Source: a virus
Taxonomy: Duplodnaviria; Caudoviricetes
Length of the DNA: 37,376 bases
IMG/VR virus record: IMGVR_UViG_3300037465_000562
Coordinates: 1-37,376 of that record
Reading direction: 5' to 3' (one strand)
The stretch's first letter is position 1; each line of letters opens with the position of its first letter. The notes below the pieces were generated by a model. It saw only the letters and a list, made by a program, of their open reading frames with translations, searched no databases and was not told the DNA's origin. Below are positions 36,053-37,376 of the stretch, in pieces. The translations under genes were made by a program, and so were the position numbers.

Positions 36053-36881
36053 TGCGCGTTGCCCAGTCCGTGATCGCGACCAGATACAGGAAGCCACGGC
36101 GCACTGGAATGAAGGTGATGTCGGCGCACCAGACCTGGCCGGGCCGGGTGATTTCCATCTTCCCCAGCCGGTAGGGGTAGACCGGGTGCTGCGGGTGCGG
36201 CTGGCTGGTCTTCGGGCGCCGGTAGACCGCTTCCAGGCCGATCCTGCGCATCAGCCGCTGGACTCGGTGTCGTCCGACCCGGATGCCCTCCCAAGCCAGA
36301 TACTGCACGATCTGCCGGCTGCCGAAGAACCGGTAGGCGGTGAACACCCGGTCGATCTCGCGCATCAGCGCCAAGGTCTCGGGGCTCTCGCCCACGGGCG
36401 CACAGGAGATCGACGAGCGACTGATCGAGAGGAGCTGGCACTGCCGTGTCAGGCTCAGCTTCGCGTGGTTCCGCTGGATGGCGGCGCGACGGTCGGCAGG
36501 GCTCATCGTCCGAGCGCTCGCGACAAGAAATCGTTCGCGACCACCGTTCGCCCGCTCGCTCGCACCGGTGGCGCTCGCGGCCTCACCCCGATCTTCGCGT
36601 GCAGCTCGGCCTTCTCCGCCTCGTGGTCGGCCTCCCGGCTGAGCCTGTCCGCGAACACGGCGTTCAGACCGTCCATGGCCTGCCGCTTCCACTGGCTCAC
36701 TTGGTTCGGGTGCAACTGATGCTTCGCGGCGATCTCCTGGATCGTCCGGTCACTGCGCAGTGCCTCCAGCGCCACCTTGGCCTTGATTCGCCGTGAACTT
36801 CCGTCTCTTCGCCATCGCGTATCCCTTCCTCGCTTCCGGGATACCCCTTTGCCTACCGTCCGAATTTCCGGGACCACCTCA
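36053..36881 (-). mobile_element. IS3-family element, 3'-truncated by IS256; orfA frameshifted
   Basis: Left IR TGAGGTGGTCCCGGAAATTCGGAC at 36881; orfA 36815-36503 (KAKVALEAL...HPNQVSQWK); orfB from 36506 (QVWCADITFI...YLVAITDW) cut at 36053. Confidence 0.88.
36546..36586 (-). repeat. 41-42 bp hairpin insertion element, copy 4 (in frame in IS3 orfA)
   Basis: GTGAG-GCCGCGAG-CGCCACCGGTGCGAG-CGAGCGGG-CGAAC; puts VRPRAPPVRASGRT between AKIG and VVANDF. Confidence 0.8.
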
Positions 36882-37089
36882 GGGGCGGCTGGTCCGGCCA
36901 TTCGGGCCGATGCTCGCGGTTCCCTATGCCTACTGGATCGTCTGCCCACGCGCCAAAACCGACCTGCCGCATGTGGCAACCTTCCGCGAGTGGCTGCTCG
37001 AGCAGGCTGGAGCCGATGCCGCCGAGCTGTCTGTGATCTTCGGGCGCCCGCTCAGCCAAGTCCGGAGGCGCCGCAAGGCGACGCTCTGA
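36882..37089 (+). pseudogene. 3' remnant of a LysR (GcvA-like) regulator
   Basis: GRLVRPF...AYWIVCP...VATFREWLLEQA C-terminal pattern beginning at the IS3 end. Confidence 0.75.
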
Positions 37090-37239
37090 GGGGCCAACGG
37101 ATCGGCGGCCCCGGGGACGTCTCGATCCCGCCGATTTCCCGCCAGCCCGTCTCACCGGCGCCACGGCCTCCGCGCTGGCAGGCAATTCCCGCCTCACCCG
37201 CCGCATGCGCCGAGGGCGCGGCGGCGGTAGCAGCCGCGT

Positions 37240-37376
37240 CTACGATCGCTCCTCCGGCGGCTTCACATGCCGGAACTGGAGGAGCAGCAGCAGGTCGTAG
37301 GCGATCTTGAGCGCGCCGCAGATCAGCAGCGGCCACGCCTGGTAGGAGGCTGCGAACAGGGCACCGGCGAGCGCCG
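37240..37376 (-). CDS. MFS transporter, C-terminal fragment (runs off the window)
   Basis: Own translation: ALAGALFAASYQAWPLLICGALKIAYDLLLLLQFRHVKPPEERS*. Confidence 0.7.
   Translation of the reverse strand, partial: ALAGALFAASYQAWPLLICGALKIAYDLLLLLQFRHVKPPEERS

Noticed and set aside
35378-36586. Idea that the 41-bp elements target CAGCTG, the PvuII site, since copies 2 and 4 could have replaced CAGCT
   Set aside because: Ancestral bases are guessed from protein consensus, and copies 1 and 3 do not fit

Overview
High-GC, alphaproteobacterial-type DNA. An initiator tRNA-Met(CAT) gene (49-125) is followed by two tandem integrated elements, delimited by copies of the tRNA 3' half at 17288-17332 and 34562-34608 (att-to-att 17,207 and 17,276 bp). 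Both carry the same minimal lambda-type head module (TerS, GpA-type TerL, portal, fused protease-major capsid, gpW-like, DUF2190). Each also has a cos-like site, an iteron-type origin, a primase/helicase, small HTH regulators and a tyrosine integrase, but no tail or lysis genes, so they look like capsid-forming satellites. Their integrases and replicases are unrelated. Both carry different defence cargo at the same two positions. Element 1: fused ABC-ATPase/TOPRIM; RHH + Mrr-like REase + M.PvuII-like MTase + HNH. Element 2: two PD-(D/E)xK nucleases; ParDE + single-chain N6-MTase R-M. Element 1 looks intact; element 2 has a nonsense codon in terL and a frameshift in DUF2190. Beyond the last att lie a dead IS256, a truncated IS3, a LysR remnant and the end of an MFS gene. 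The two IS transposase genes are interrupted four times by a family of 41-42 bp hairpin elements that I do not recognise. Family assignments come from motif reading and memory; no searches were run.
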